Origin: Mobula hypostoma
Taxonomy: Eukaryota
DNA length: 64,000 bases
NCBI RefSeq assembly: GCF_963921235.1
Contig: NC_086097.1
Coordinates: forward strand, 236,532,001 to 236,596,000
Direction of reading: 5' to 3'
The notes beneath the pieces are model-generated. The model worked only from the letters and a program-made list of their open reading frames with translations, was not told where the DNA came from and did no database searches. The position numbers and the translations under genes were made by a program. Positions 50,420 to 63,189 of this stretch are shown one piece after another; positions within the stretch are counted from its first letter, which is position 1; every line of letters begins with the position of its first letter.

Positions 50420-50645
50420 TTTATTTTATAGAGAGATATAGCATGGCTCAACAAGCCCACGCCACCCACTATATCCATGTGACAATTAACCTATTAAACT
50501 GTACGACTTTGGAAAGTGGGGTGAAACCAGCACACCCAGAGGAAACCCACAGTCACAAGGAGAACGTACAAATTTCTTACAGACAGCAGTAGAATTGAAC
50601 CCTGGCCACTGGCATTCTATTAGCGTCACAGTAATCACGTTACCG
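50420..50645 (-). mobile_element. tRNA-derived V-SINE/HE1-like SINE
   Basis: Minus-strand box B ggttcaattc, followed by tttgtacgttctcc...tgggtttcctctgggtg core and a CR1-like tail. Confidence 0.75.
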
Positions 50646-51777
50646 TATCATACTTTTATATTACCTGCAGTCATAAAGGAGTCGCTTCAAGGAACTCTAC
50701 CTTTTTCAGAAATGTACTTTTAATTATCTGTCTCCCTTAGGACATTTAAAAACATTGGCATGCAAAATTCTATAGAAAGTGTAAATTATATGTGTGATCT
50801 GGAGAGAAGCACAAACTTGAATGGCTTCTTATCTAAATTACAAGCTCGGATTTGTAGCGATACAGTGACTCCAAAAGTAATTTAATGCTAATAATTATTT
50901 AATACCGTTAATTACATCTGTACCTCATTTCCTTTAATTATAGAAATTGTGCCTGTTGTACACACCAGCCTGAACCACATCGAAGCTTTCATTACGATCC
51001 ATATATTATGTCAAATAAATTAGCTTTGTTCATTCACTCATGCTGTGCTTGTGTCAATTCCTTGATGTCTTCAAGATAAGATGCAAGCTAATTGGTAACT
51101 CTTGTTAGAAGTGACACATATTTCAAAGGCAGCGAGCTGTGATCTCTACTAATTGAGTTGTTTTAAAGTAGGGGTGACCCTCAGCTAAAATTATAATTCA
51201 GCATGTCCATTTTCCTTGCACATATTTGATTGCACTTTTCAAAAGACAAACCTAATTATACTTCAATTTTGCTGCAGATCATGAATATATTTCCTATTTG
51301 AAATTCTCTGAGATGAACCATTATCTCAATTTCCATGTTATAGGCAGTAAATTCCAAAAGGTAATTTATGCTATTTGCATTGAATTCATACTTTATACAT
51401 ACTTAAATATTGTTTTTCAGTTGCTCTGTTGTTGAAAGGAAAAGGCAGCAACAAATTGTAAATAAAAATCTCATAGGATATTCATGAATTGACTCTATCC
51501 ATGAAATGCAGGCACACTTTTCTTAAAGACAACACACAAAATAAATCAATTAAAAAATCCTCCGTGACACAACCATAATGAGATGATCGGCTACCTTCCT
51601 TGTTGGTCAAGCTTGGTAGCCACAATGCTCCGGGTCACTTTTCTGAAGACATTATCTTCCTTTTATTAAGATTTTGTTGATGTTGTTTCTGCTGCATCAA
51701 ATCATTGAAAAGCATTACCTTGAATTTCAGAATCAAGAATCAACTATGATTTACAGCCAACGAGACAGCTATATTTA

Positions 51778-52022
51778 TCCCAAGCAACACACACAAAAAG
51801 CTGAAGGAACTCAGCAGGCCAGGCACCATCTATGGAAAAAAGTACACTTGACATTTTAAAGCGAGACCCTTCGTCAGGACCTCGTTAAGTCCTTATGAAG
51901 TGTCTCGACCCAAAGTGTCGACTATTTGCTTTTTTCAGTAGATGCTGCCTGGTCTGCTGAGTTCCTTCAGCATTTTGTGTGTGCTGCTTGGATTTCCAGC
52001 ATCCGCAGATTTTCCCTTTGCT
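51778..52022. mobile_element. Older palindromic Penelope pLTR element with two decayed head-to-head hammerheads
   Basis: Arms caagcaacacacac...cccttcgtcaggac and gtccttatgaag...gtgtgctgcttgg, centred near 51884. Confidence 0.85.
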
Positions 52023-52034
52023 GTTTTTACTACT

Positions 52035-52435
52035 ATTACCCCTTCCCTTCTCCTCACCTGTCTATCACCTCCCTCTGGTGCATCTGCTCCTTCCCATTCT
52101 CCCATAGTCCACTCATCTCTTCTATCAGATACTTCCACATTAGCCTTTACCTCTTCCTCCTATCACTTCCCCAGTATTCTCATCATCCCCATTCACCCAC
52201 CTTACTCCTCGCTTTGCTTCACCTATCACCTGCCAGCTTGTACTCCTTCCCCACCCCCCCCACACCTTCTTATTCTGGCTTCTTTCCCTTTCTCTTTCAG
52301 TGCTGATAACCCAAAATGTCAACTGTTCATTTCCTTCCATAGAACTCATGCCTGACGTTCTGAGTTGTTGCAAAACATTGCTCCAGAGTGTGTGTTGCTT
52401 TGGATTTCCAGCATCTGCAGAATTGCTTATGTTTA
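52035..52435 (+). mobile_element. Penelope pLTR, degenerate
   Basis: Pyrimidine-rich body, ctgataacccaaaatgtcaactg hammerhead remnant, and ccagcatctgcaga end. Confidence 0.8.
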
Positions 52436-52579
52436 TGATTAGCTGCGTTGACTGGTTTGATACAATGTTTTCAATAACTTCTCCATACGAAAGTTTATAG
52501 ATCTTTTAGTTTGTGACAGAAAGTACCCCCTACTTTTTGTTTCTTCTATGATATGCTAAGAGGTATTGGCATTTCTTGC

Positions 52580-53090
52580 ATGAGAATCAGGTTTAATATC
52601 ACTGGCATATGGCAAATGTTGTGAAATATGTTCTATTGTGGCCACAGTATGGCGCAATATGTAAGAGAAACTATAAATTTCAATAAGAAATATAAAATAT
52701 ATACAATTAGATAAGTTGTACAAAAAGAGAGCAAATAAAGGAAAACACATGATTCATGTACATAGCTTCCTTGTCCTTTCAAAAATTAGATGGTGGAAGG
52801 GAAATAGCTGTTTCTTAAAGGTTGAGTGTGTATCTTCGAGCTTCTGTACCTCTTCCTTGATGGTATCAATGGGAAGAGGGAACGTCCTGTGTGATTGAGG
52901 TCCCTAATGATGGACGGCATCACCTTTTGAAGATATCCTCGATGCTGGGAGCAGCTAGTGTCCACGATGGAGCTGGCTGAGTTTTCAACTTCCTGCAGTT
53001 TACGTTGATCCTGTGCAATGGCCCCTCAATACCAAGTGGCAATGTAACCAGTTACAATGTTCTCCATTGTATATCTGTAGAAATTTGTGA
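52580..53090 (-). mobile_element. Rex1/Babar 3' fragment
   Basis: gaatcaggtttaatatcac tail and ctgtacctcttccttgatgg body, shared with 36090-37225. Confidence 0.75.
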
Positions 53091-53772
53091 GAAAAGGTAG
53101 TTTCAACTGGGAGATGACAAATATGAGCACTGTTAAACTAAAGAGTTTGGTGTTCACAAACAAGAGAAGATCTGCAGATGCTAGACATCCAAGCAAAGGG
53201 ATTAGTTGTTGTTCACTTCACAATTCGAGCTATGTGCACCATAACTTATTTCTTCCACAGAAATGTGAACATTAACAGATATTCCTCAGCATGCAACGCT
53301 TCCTGAGATTCTCACTCAAGCACATGATAATGGCTTCCAAATCTTTCCAAGTACACATAGTGCACATCCATGGTTTTAGAGTAGGTTGGCACAAAAATCA
53401 TAGACCAAAGGGCCTATACTGTACTGTAATGTTCTATGTCATGGTAACAGTGATGAAAATCCAAACTGTGTCTACAATACGTCTGCACTTGCTAGCACAA
53501 AGAAACTTTTTTATAACAATATATGGAAGTGTCACAAGGTTATACTTCTTGCAGAAGTGGCCTCAGTGGCAAGAAACCTTGAGAAAAGTGGCTCTTATTC
53601 TACAAAGGGAGCTTTCAGACTGTTTTCTCATGGTGGTTAATTCCTAAAGGGGACCGACTGCAGGCAGCACTGCTCATGCAGATGTTACCTGTGGACCAAA
53701 GTGTACAACTAAGGACAGAAGACTCACGATCTCTAAAGTTTGGATCTTGAGCCTCAACCAGAGAGGGATTAG

Positions 53773-54460
53773 TATCGCTGAACATCTACGCTCTGTCCGC
53801 CAGAGAAAGCAGGATCTCCCAGTGGCCACACATTTTAATTCCACGTCCCATTCCCATTCTGATATGTCTACCCATGGCCTCCTCTACTGTCAAGATGAAG
53901 CCACACTCAGGTTGGAGGAACAACACCTTATATTCTGTCTGGGTAGCCTCCAACCTGATGACATGAACATTGACTTCTCTAACTTCCATTAATGCCCCTC
54001 CTCCCATTCTCACCCCATCCCTTATTTATTTGTTTGTTTGTTTGCTTGTTTGTTTATTTATTTATTTATTCCTTTTTCCCTCTCTCTCTCTCTCTCTGTT
54101 CCTCTCACAATGCCTGCTCTTCATCTTCCTCTGGCGCTCCCCTACCCCTTTCTTTCTCCCTAGGCTTCCCGATCCGTGACCCTCTCCCTTCTCCAGCCTT
54201 GTATCCTTTTTGCCAATCAACTTTCCAGCTCCTAGCTCTATCCCTCCTGCTCCTGTCTTCTCCTATCATTTCGGATCTCCCCCTCCCCCTCCCACTTTCA
54301 AATTTCTTACTATCTCTTCTTTCAGTTAGTCCTGATGAAAGGTCTCGGCCCAAAACGTCGACTGTACCTCTTCCTAGAGATGCTGCCTGGCCTGCTGCAT
54401 TCCAACAGCATTTTGTGTGTGTTGCTTGAATTTCCAGCATCTGCAGATTTCCTCATGTTT
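53773..54460 (+). mobile_element. Penelope-like element 3' end (GIY-YIG C-terminus plus pLTR), 10-bp TSD
   Basis: ORF 53747-53992 contains AEHLRSVRQ...PVATHFNS...EEQHLIFCLGSLQP. TSD GAGGGATTAG at 53763-53772 and 54461-54470. Confidence 0.93.
54328..54363 (+). ncRNA. Minimal hammerhead motif with G12>A change, probably inactive
   Basis: AGUC-CUGAUGA-A-AGGUCUCGGCCC-AAAA-C-GUC^GACU. Confidence 0.65.
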
Positions 54461-54524
54461 GAGGGATTAGATAGATTAGTTTTACTTGTCACATGCATAC
54501 TGAAACATTGATAAATATGATGAA

Positions 54525-55040
54525 ATAGTCAGAGGGTGGTGAATCTGTGGAATTCATTGTCACAGATGGCTGTGGAAACCAAGCCATTGGGTATAATTAC
54601 AGCAGAGATTCATAGGGTCTTTGTTTATCATGACATCAAAGATCACAGGGAGAAGGAAGGAAAATGGGATTGGCAGGATATAGCTTAGCCATGATGAAAT
54701 GGTGGAGCAGACTCGAAGGGCCAAATGGCATGATTCTGCTCCTGTTTTATGGCCTTATGGTCTCATAGACCAACATGGTTCGAGGATTGAGCTGGTTGGA
54801 GAAGCCTGCAAGTGTTGCCACACTTCGTGCACCAACATAGGATGCCCCCAACTCACCAAGCTTAACCCTAACTGTGCATCTTTGAAATGTGGGAGGAAAC
54901 GGGAGCACCCAGAGGAAACCTACGTAGGTATGAGAAGAATGTACGAAACTTCTTACCAACAGCGGTGGGAATCGAAAGCCCATCAGTGATGGCTGGTGTT
55001 GTAATGTGTTGTGCTCACTGTTACTCTACTGGGTTACCCT
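54525..55040. mobile_element. CR1 3' end (+, about 54525-54765) abutting a V-SINE-like SINE (-, about 54770-55040)
   Basis: cagagggtggtgaatctgtggaattc (QRVVNLWN), then gggaggaaacgggagcacccagaggaaacc core and a box B-like gggaatcgaa. Confidence 0.75.
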
Positions 55041-55564
55041 ACCATTCAGAGTAGGCTGCTGATGCCTCCCTCGCTTCCATATGTGGCTTGCCTAAGGGAA
55101 CAGGTCAGTCTCAGATCACCTACCTTGCCAGCAGGCTGGGAAGACTGTGGAATGAAAATAGAGAAAGAGAAGATAATGCCTGGCAATGGTTGGCTGAAGT
55201 AGACTGGCTCAATATTTATCCTGTTCCTATTGTGCTATGAAACAAGGTCTTTCACTTTCAATGAATATATCTCGGTTGATATCATGGACTCCAACAGCCA
55301 TGGCCATTGTGAGTAGGATTAATTATTACTCTATGATAGCCATATGATCCTTGACCATAAGTTTTGTCAGAAATACTTAGTGCTGAAAGTTATGTCCCTC
55401 TTGTTCAACTTTCAAGAACAAGAATTTTCAAATGAAACAAGTTTCCTTTTCCACTGATTGGTGGTTGTCCAGTTTGTCTGACGATGGTAGGAAACCTCTG
55501 TGAGAGAGTTTTTAAAGAGGAAAATCCATTGAAGTTGGGCAGTTCCACTCTCTCAACTTCAGAA

Positions 55565-55970
55565 GTCCGGGTGCAGTGGTCTGGACAAGTGTCACAAACT
55601 GGAATTTTCCATGGTTGCAATGGATGACCATGACTGCTTCAATGCCTTGTCATACCCTTCACTCCCCACGGAGGATCGCAATACTGCCTTCCTAACCACT
55701 GGATCTCACTGTAAATCTTACAGAGCTAACTTTGCATGCTAGGCCAGGCATGTCTCCATCTCTCCAAGGTATGAGGCCACTGTCTACCATCACCTGGTTT
55801 AACCTGCCTGTTGAAACGTTCTACTGGGATGTAGCCATTAGTACATGCAAACAGCTACTTGGAACCACAGGTGAGAGCTGAGGGTCTGGTGGGGACTAGT
55901 GTGAGAGAGCTGCCCCAGAATGGACATGACAAGCCCCTTCACCAGATGTGCTACCCCTCCCTGGATACCC
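55565..55970 (-). mobile_element. RTE-type 5' region or non-autonomous derivative
   Basis: Minus strand tggtgaaggggcttgtcatgtcc...ctctcacctgtgg resembles RTE 5' UTRs. Recognised by eye only. Confidence 0.45.
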
Positions 55971-56929
55971 CATAGTCATAGTCATACTTTATTGATCCCG
56001 GTGAAAATTGGTTTTCATTACAGTTGCACCATAAATAATAAATAGTAATAGAACCATAAATAGTTAAATAGTAATATGTAAATTATGCCAGTAAATTATG
56101 AAATAAGTCCAGGACCAGCCTATCGGCTCAGGATGTCTGACCCTCCAAGGGAGGAGTTGTAAAGTTTGATGGCTACAGGCAGGAATGACTTCCAATGACG
56201 CTTTGTGCTGCATCTCGGAGGAATGAGTCTCTGGCTGAATGTACTCCTGTGCCCACCCAGTACATTATGTAGTGGATGGGAGACATTGACCAAGATGGCA
56301 TGCAACTTAGACAGCATCCTCTTTTCAGACACCACCGTGAAAGAGTCCAGTTCCATCCCCACAACATCACTGGCCTTACGAATGAGTTTGTTGATTCTGT
56401 TGGTGTCTGCTACCCTCAGCCTGCTGCCCCAGCACACAACAGCAAACATGATAGCACTGGCCACCACAGACTCGTAGAACATCCTCAGCATCGTCCGGCA
56501 GATGTTAAAGGACCTCAGTCTCCTCAGGAAATAGAGATGGCTCTGACCCTTCTTGTAGACAGCCTCAGTGTTCTTAGACCAGTCCAGTTTATAGTCAATT
56601 TGTATCCCCAGGTATTTGTAATCCTCCACCATGTCCACACTGACCCCCTGGATGGAAACAGGGGTCACCGGTACCTTAGCTCTCCTCAGGTCTACCACCA
56701 GCTCCTTAATCTTTTTCACATTAAGCTGCAGATAATTCTGCTCACACCATGTGACAAAGTTTCCTACCGTAGACCTGTACTCAACCTCATCTCCCTTGCT
56801 GATGCATCTAACTATGGCAGAGTCATCCGAAAACTTCTGAAGATGACAAGACTCTGTGCAGTAGTTGAAGTCCGAGGTGTAAGTGGTGAAGAGAAAGAGA
56901 CTCAAGACGGTCCCCTGTGGAGCCCCAGT
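55971..56929 (-). mobile_element. Young Rex1/Babar LINE, 5'-truncated, open from mid-RT to stop
   Basis: ORF 56120-56935 contains TGAPQGTVLS...LQKFSDDSAIV...YKYLG...LYFLRRLRSFN. AATAAA and (TATGAC)n tail at about 55971-55993. Confidence 0.95.
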
Positions 56930-57074
56930 ATACAATCCATAAAATAATCTTACTGATTACTTTCCAGAATACGATGCACCAAACTATTTACTATTCGCAG
57001 TGAAGCTATCAGCAACAAGTTGATAGTAAACACAGAACCAAAGCTTTCAGTAAGAAGCAAAGTGTGCCATAATC

Positions 57075-57650
57075 ACGAGCATGAGAAAGTCTGCAGATGC
57101 TGGAAATCCAAAGCAATGTACACAAAACTCTGGAGAAACTTAGCAGGTCAGGCAGTATCTATGGAGAAGAATAAACAGTTGACGTTTCAGGCCGAGACCT
57201 TTCTTTGGGGCTGAGATGTATGAGGGGTAAGATCCAGAATAAGAATGCGGGGGGAGGGGAAGGTGGACTAGCTGGAAGGTGATAGGTGAAGCCTGGTGGA
57301 TGGGGAAGGTCAAACTCTTAAGAAAAATAAAACCTTTTGAGAGGAGAGTAGACCACAGAAGAAAGGGAAGGAAGAGGGGACCTGGGGAAGTAACAGCCAG
57401 GTGTGAAGAAGTAAAAGGTCAGAGTGGGGAATGAGTTGGGGGTGGTGAAATTGTTTACCAGAGGGAGAAATTTATATGCATACCATCATGTTGGAGGGTG
57501 CCCAGACGGAATATAAGTTGTTGCTCCTCCACCCTGAGGGTGGCCTCCTCTTGGAACAAGAGGAGGCCATGGATTGATATGTTGGAATGGGAGCGGGAAT
57601 CAGAATTAAAACCAGGTGACCAGGAAGTTCTGTTTGTGCACAGGTGGTCG
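57075..57650 (-). mobile_element. Penelope-like element 3' end, hammerhead core decayed
   Basis: ORF 57455-57679 contains SHSNISIHGLL...LRVEEQQLIFRLGTLQ. cagttgacgtttcaggccgagacc at 57176-57199. Confidence 0.88.
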
Positions 57651-58784
57651 ACATATCTTCCTTCTTGAATGTTGAACAAAAGAAAGGCAGGTGTTTGACT
57701 TTTTAATGCTGGTGAGATGATAAATTAATTAAGACTTATTATTATGTATACTGACTGCCCTGCACATTCAGATGGAATAATATGAATTATATTTTATAAT
57801 AATAACATAAATTACATTTGATTGAAAGAGCTGCCCATTCCTTGCTTGTTTGATTAAATTGATGATTTGTGTTTAGACATTTCCACTGAACAAAATGTCT
57901 TACAGCTAGTGGACAGAAATGTTCTTTCCCCCTGGCCGTATCAAGGCATGATTACTTATGAAGAAAATAGAGCAATGTCAGAATGCTATTTTCAATGTCA
58001 ATCTCTTATCAGTACCTCATGAAGAATACAGCTTTAGTCCCTTCTTCCAGATAAAAATTAATGTTTTCTTTAATATTCACAATCAAAGATATGGTTAACC
58101 TGTGACGGAGAATTAACCCTTTAACCTCCAACACTATTTGAACGTTATTGTGATGGATATTCACTTACAGAGCCTGAGAAGCTTATTGCTAACCTCAGCT
58201 TTCTATTATAACAGCATAATATTTCCAAAGGGTCAGCATTATTTCTGACAAAGTTAAACTTCTGAAAAATGTTCTCTGTTCAACTTCTTGTTGTATATAA
58301 GAACAAGACCCCTGTTCTTAATGTAAATTGCAAGCAGTAATCAATTTGAAGTTAAAAGGACACCAGGGCTGTCTGCTGGGAGATGTGGTTTGCAAAGTGA
58401 AGTGACCATGAGTCTTCTTATCTGCACTAACCAAATGAAAGACAATGGGACTATGTTAAATGGCTTACATTAAGCCAGGGAACTACAGCCAAGTAATTTG
58501 CACCATTTTCTTTCAAAGCTTTAAGACCATCATCATCATTACGTGCTGCATTTGTATGACATGGGCAAGCATGGTCTTCCATTTGTTTTTAACCTGAGAA
58601 GTTCTAATAGTCTTTTCAAAACCTTTACCTATCTTTCCCTTGATATAACTCACTGAATATTATGCGCTCTTGACTATGACTTTCCAGTCATCAATTTTTC
58701 CCATCACCACAAAATGTCCAAGCTTCTCTTTCCTCAGCACATATTTCAGAAATTCCAGCTGCTGTTTCCTGATTAATGTTGCTT

Positions 58785-61700
58785 CTCTAGTGCCAGGATC
58801 AGGGATGTCTCAGATAGTGTCCATGGCATTCTCAAGGGGAAGAGTGAGCAGCCAGAAGTCTTGGTACACATTGGCTCCAATGACGTAAGTATACAAGCTG
58901 AGAAGGTCGTAAAGAGAGATTATAAAGAGTAGAAAGCTGACAAACAGGACTTCCAGGGTAGTAATCTCTGGATTGTTGCCTGTGTCACGTGCCAGTGAAG
59001 GTAAGGATAGGATGATTTGGCAGTGAATGTGTGGCTGAGGAGCTGGTGCAGGAGGCAGGGGTTCAGATTTCTGGATCATAGGGATCTCTTCTGGGGAAGG
59101 TATGGCCCATACAAAAAAGGATGGGTTACACCTGAACCCGAGGGGATCCAATATGCTTACGGACAGGTTGGCTAGAGTTGTTTGGGTGGGTTTGGCAGGG
59201 GGATGGGAACTGGAATGATCGTGCTGAAGGTGAGGTAGTTGGTTTACAAACAGAGGCAATGTGTAGTGAAACTCCTAGCAAAGAGAGGCTGATGACAGGG
59301 CAAAATTGCAGTCAACAGGATGAGTTACAATGGAAAAGGTGGACAAAATCGAAAAAGGTGAATACAGGAATAAAGGTGTTATATTTGAATGCTGGCAGTA
59401 AACAGAGTAAGGTCGATGAATTGAAGCATAGTTACAGATTGGCATGTATGATGTTGTAGGCATCACTGAATCATAGCTGAAAGAAGATTATAGCTAAAAG
59501 CTTGATGCCCAAGGATACACATTGTATTGATGGGACAGGCAGGAAGGCAAAGGGGTGACATGGGTCTGTTGGTAAAAATGAAATTAAATCAGGTCAATAT
59601 GTGTTAAATCATTGTGGGTAGAGCTAAGGAACTGCAAAGGTAAAAAGATCCTGATGGGAGTTATATACATTCCCGCAACAGTAGTAAAGATGTGTCTACA
59701 AGTTACAACAGGAGATAAAATCAGCGTGCCAAAAGGGCAATGTTACAATTGTCATGGGTATTTCATTATGCAGGCAGGTTGGGAAAATCAAGTTGGTGCA
59801 GGATTCCAAGAGGGAGAATTTGTAGAATACCTATGAGATGGCTTTTTAGAGCAGCTCATGGTTGAGCCCGCCAGGGGATCAGCTATTCTGGATTGGATGT
59901 CGTGCAATTGATTAGAGAGCTTAAATTAAAAGAACGCTTAGGGAAAACATGATCAAAATATGATTGAATTCACCCTGAAATTTGAGAAGGAACAGCTAAG
60001 TTCAGATGTATTAGTATTAAAGTGGAGTAAAGGAAATTACACAGGCATGAGAGAGGAGTTGTCCAGAATTGATTGGAAAAAAAACACTGGCAGGGATGAT
60101 GGCAGAGCAGTAATTTCTGGAAGCAATTCGGAAGGCACAGGATAAATACATTCCAAAGAAGAAGAATTATTCTAAAGGCAAGCTAACACAACCATAGCTA
60201 ACAAGTGAAATCAAAGCCTGCAAAAAAGCCAATTTTTTTTTTACTTTTTGTGTGCCATACTCTGCCAGAGCCTCGGCAACCACCATTTCAAGTGGTTGTC
60301 TTGGAGGAAAGATTCTGTGAGGGTCCCCCACGTCCTTCTCACAGCACAGTTTTTTTTTACGAGGCCAAGTTGCAAGATCGACACTCAACCCGGCACGGAT
60401 GGAAAGCGTGCCCGGGAATGGCCCGACTGGATTTGAACTTGGGAGCCTTCACTCTGGAGTCTGGCACTGATGTCTCTGCACCACCAGCCAGCTAAAAATC
60501 AAATAGAGGGTATATAATAGAGCAAAAATTATTGGGAAATTAGGGGATTGAGAAGCTTTTAAATATCAACAGAAGGCAATCAAAAAGTTATTAAGAAGGT
60601 AGAGATGGAATATGAAAGTGAGCTAGCTAATAACATTAAAAAAGATACCAAACGTTTCTTCAGCTACATAAAGTGTAAAGGAGAAGTGAGAACAGATATT
60701 GATCTGTTGGAAAATAATGCTGGAGAAGTAGTAATGGAGAACAAGGAAATGGCAGATAAACTGAATAAGTATTTTGCATCAGTCTTCTCGGAAGATACTA
60801 GCAGCATGGTTGAAGTTCCAGCTCTCAGGGGTCATGAAGTGTGTGAAGTTACTTCTTTGGAAACGGAAAGGTCTGAAGGTAGGTAAGTTAGCTAGACAAG
60901 ATGGTGCTCTGAAGGAGGCGACTGATAGATTGTGGAGGAAATAGTAATGATCTTTCAAGAATCACCCGATTCTGCAATGGTTTTGCAGATCTGGAAAATT
61001 GCAACTGTCACTCCAATCTTCAAGAAGGGAAAGAGGCTGCAGAAAGGAAATTATAGGCTAATTCATCTGACCTCAGTGGTCGGAAAGATTTTGGAGTCAA
61101 TTATTAAGGATGAAGTTTCAGGGTACTTGGAGACACTTGATAAAATAGCTGTAGTCAGCATAGCTTCCTCAAGGGAAAATCTTGTCTGACAAATCTGTTG
61201 GAATTCTTTGAAGAAATAACAAGCAGGATAGACAAAGGAGAATCAGTTGACATTGAGTACTTGGTTTTTCGGAAGGCCTTTGACAAGGTGCCACACATGA
61301 GAATGCTTAACAAGCTATGAGCCCATGGTATTACAGGAAAGATTCTAGCATGGATAAAGCAGGGCAGCAGTCAAAGTGTAAGATTTTTCTGGTTAGCTGT
61401 CAGTGACTAGTGGTGTTCCACAGGGTTTTGCGTTGGGACTGATTCTCTTTACATTACATGTCAATAATTTGGATGATAGAATTGATGGCTTAAATTCAAA
61501 GTTTGCAGATGATATGAAGATATGTGGAGGTTTGAGGAAATAGGGAGGCTACAGAAGGTCTCAGACATATTAGGAGAATGAACAAAGAAGAGGTAGATGG
61601 AATACAGTGTCAGGAAGTGTATGATCATGCACTTTGGTAGAAGAAATGAAATAGTTGACTATTTTCTAAATGGAGAGAAAATACAAAAATCCGAGCTGCA

Positions 61701-62100
61701 AGGGGATTTGGGAGACCTTGGGCAGGATTCCGTAATGGTTAATTTGCAGGTTGAGTCTGTGGTGAGGAAGGCAAATGCGATACTAGCATTTATTTCAAGA
61801 GGACTCAACATAAAAAGCAAGGATAGAATGTTGCAACATTATAACGAACTGGCAAGGCCTCACGTGGAATATTGTGAGCAGGTTTGGGCCTCTTATCTTA
61901 GAAAGGATGTGCTGAATCTGGAGAGGGTTCAAAGGAGATTCACGAAAATGATTCAGGATTGAAAAGTTTTTCATATGAAGAGTGCTTGATGTCTCTGTGC
62001 CTGTATTCACTGAAATTTAGAAGAACGAGGGGTGACCTAATTGAAACCTATCGAATGGGGACAGACCTTGATAGAGTGGACGTGGAAATGATGTTTCCTA
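58785..62100 (+). mobile_element. Long degenerate CR1 covering ORF1 esterase C-terminus, AP endonuclease and RT
   Basis: SGNH-esterase-like remnants (VHIGSND, KKDGLHLN) at 58800-59150, then VLYLNA, WVELRNCKGKK, GNYRLIHLTSVVGK, KFADD and RPHVEYCEQVW. Confidence 0.93.
60233..60493 (-). mobile_element. tRNA-headed SINE with RTE-like body, inserted in CR1
   Basis: Minus strand has an A-box-like tggtggtgcagag, B box gttcaaatcc (60429-60438), then gggttgagtgtcgatcttgcaacttggcctcgtaaaa and an A-rich tail. Confidence 0.75.
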
Positions 62101-63189
62101 AGATGATGAGAGATCTAGTAGAAAACATTGTAAGTATTAGGAAGTTTTAGCGATTGTTAGGAATGACAAGGAGAATGACAGGGGTGACTGAAAGAGCAAC
62201 TAGAAATCATTCCCCAGTCTTCAATTTCCATGATGGATTACTTGTACGTCTGCACTCATTGGTATGTTCTTTTTGTTTATACAAATTGTTCCTGTGTTTT
62301 AAAATCTTTTATAAGTCCTCTGTAATTCAGAAGTCTTCTATAAATTCAGAATCTTCTGTGAGCGTTAAAAGTGTGTTAAGAACTATTTGTCTAAATATAA
62401 ATGTATCATTAAAAATAAAATAAACCTTTTTTAAACTACTTTGTTATCTGGAAGTATCTTCTTGCTTGTAAGAGGGAACCCATCACTAAAATTGTGGGTT
62501 TTGGCAGCTACACCTCTCCACAGAGACTAGACTGGGAAGCAAGATGGACCTTGAAAAGTATGTAATGCAGGTACAATATAATTGCTCTGTAGTAAGGGTA
62601 GCTGTGGATACAGTACCTATATTGGATAGGGGTTAAAATCTTCTTTTGAGTTTGGAACCTTACAGGTAGGGAACCCAATTTTACTTTTCTCCCTGCACTG
62701 CACTTTCTCTGTAGCTGTTGCAATTCTTCTGCAATCTGCCATTGTTTTGCCTTGCAGCACCTCAATGCACTGAACAGTAGGCAAGACAGCTTTTCCATAA
62801 ACTTTATTCATTGTATACAATTATAAAGAATAAAGAATGAGATAAAAAAATAATGTTATAGATTGAAGTGCAGATATGGAATAAAAATGCATGAATGCAT
62901 AAACACCATCAAGTATTTCCAATGCATTAGAAGTGTTTACAGTGCAGTGCAGCGACGGGATTAATAGGTAGACGCTGGTGGAGGAACTAACTAGAATAGT
63001 TGATGAGATTAACTGCCTGGGGAAAGAAATTTTTAAGATGGTGTGAAACGTTGCTGATACAAGAAAAATCTAACAGGAAGACATTTCCCTTTGTGTTCCG
63101 CCCTCTGCAATAGTTGATATTCATTTGGAGCAGATACTTGGAATTGGACTTGGAATTAGTAAGCAAGTTAGGAGCTGAATGCCTTCAAA

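Noticed and set aside
53682..53730. Minus-strand 20-nt microexon (ccttag|...ccacag|gtaaca)
   Set aside because: Not a multiple of three, no partner exons in the window, and such signals occur by chance.
60425..60493. tRNA gene
   Set aside because: A and B boxes are present, but I could not form a full cloverleaf and the sequence continues into a SINE body and tail.
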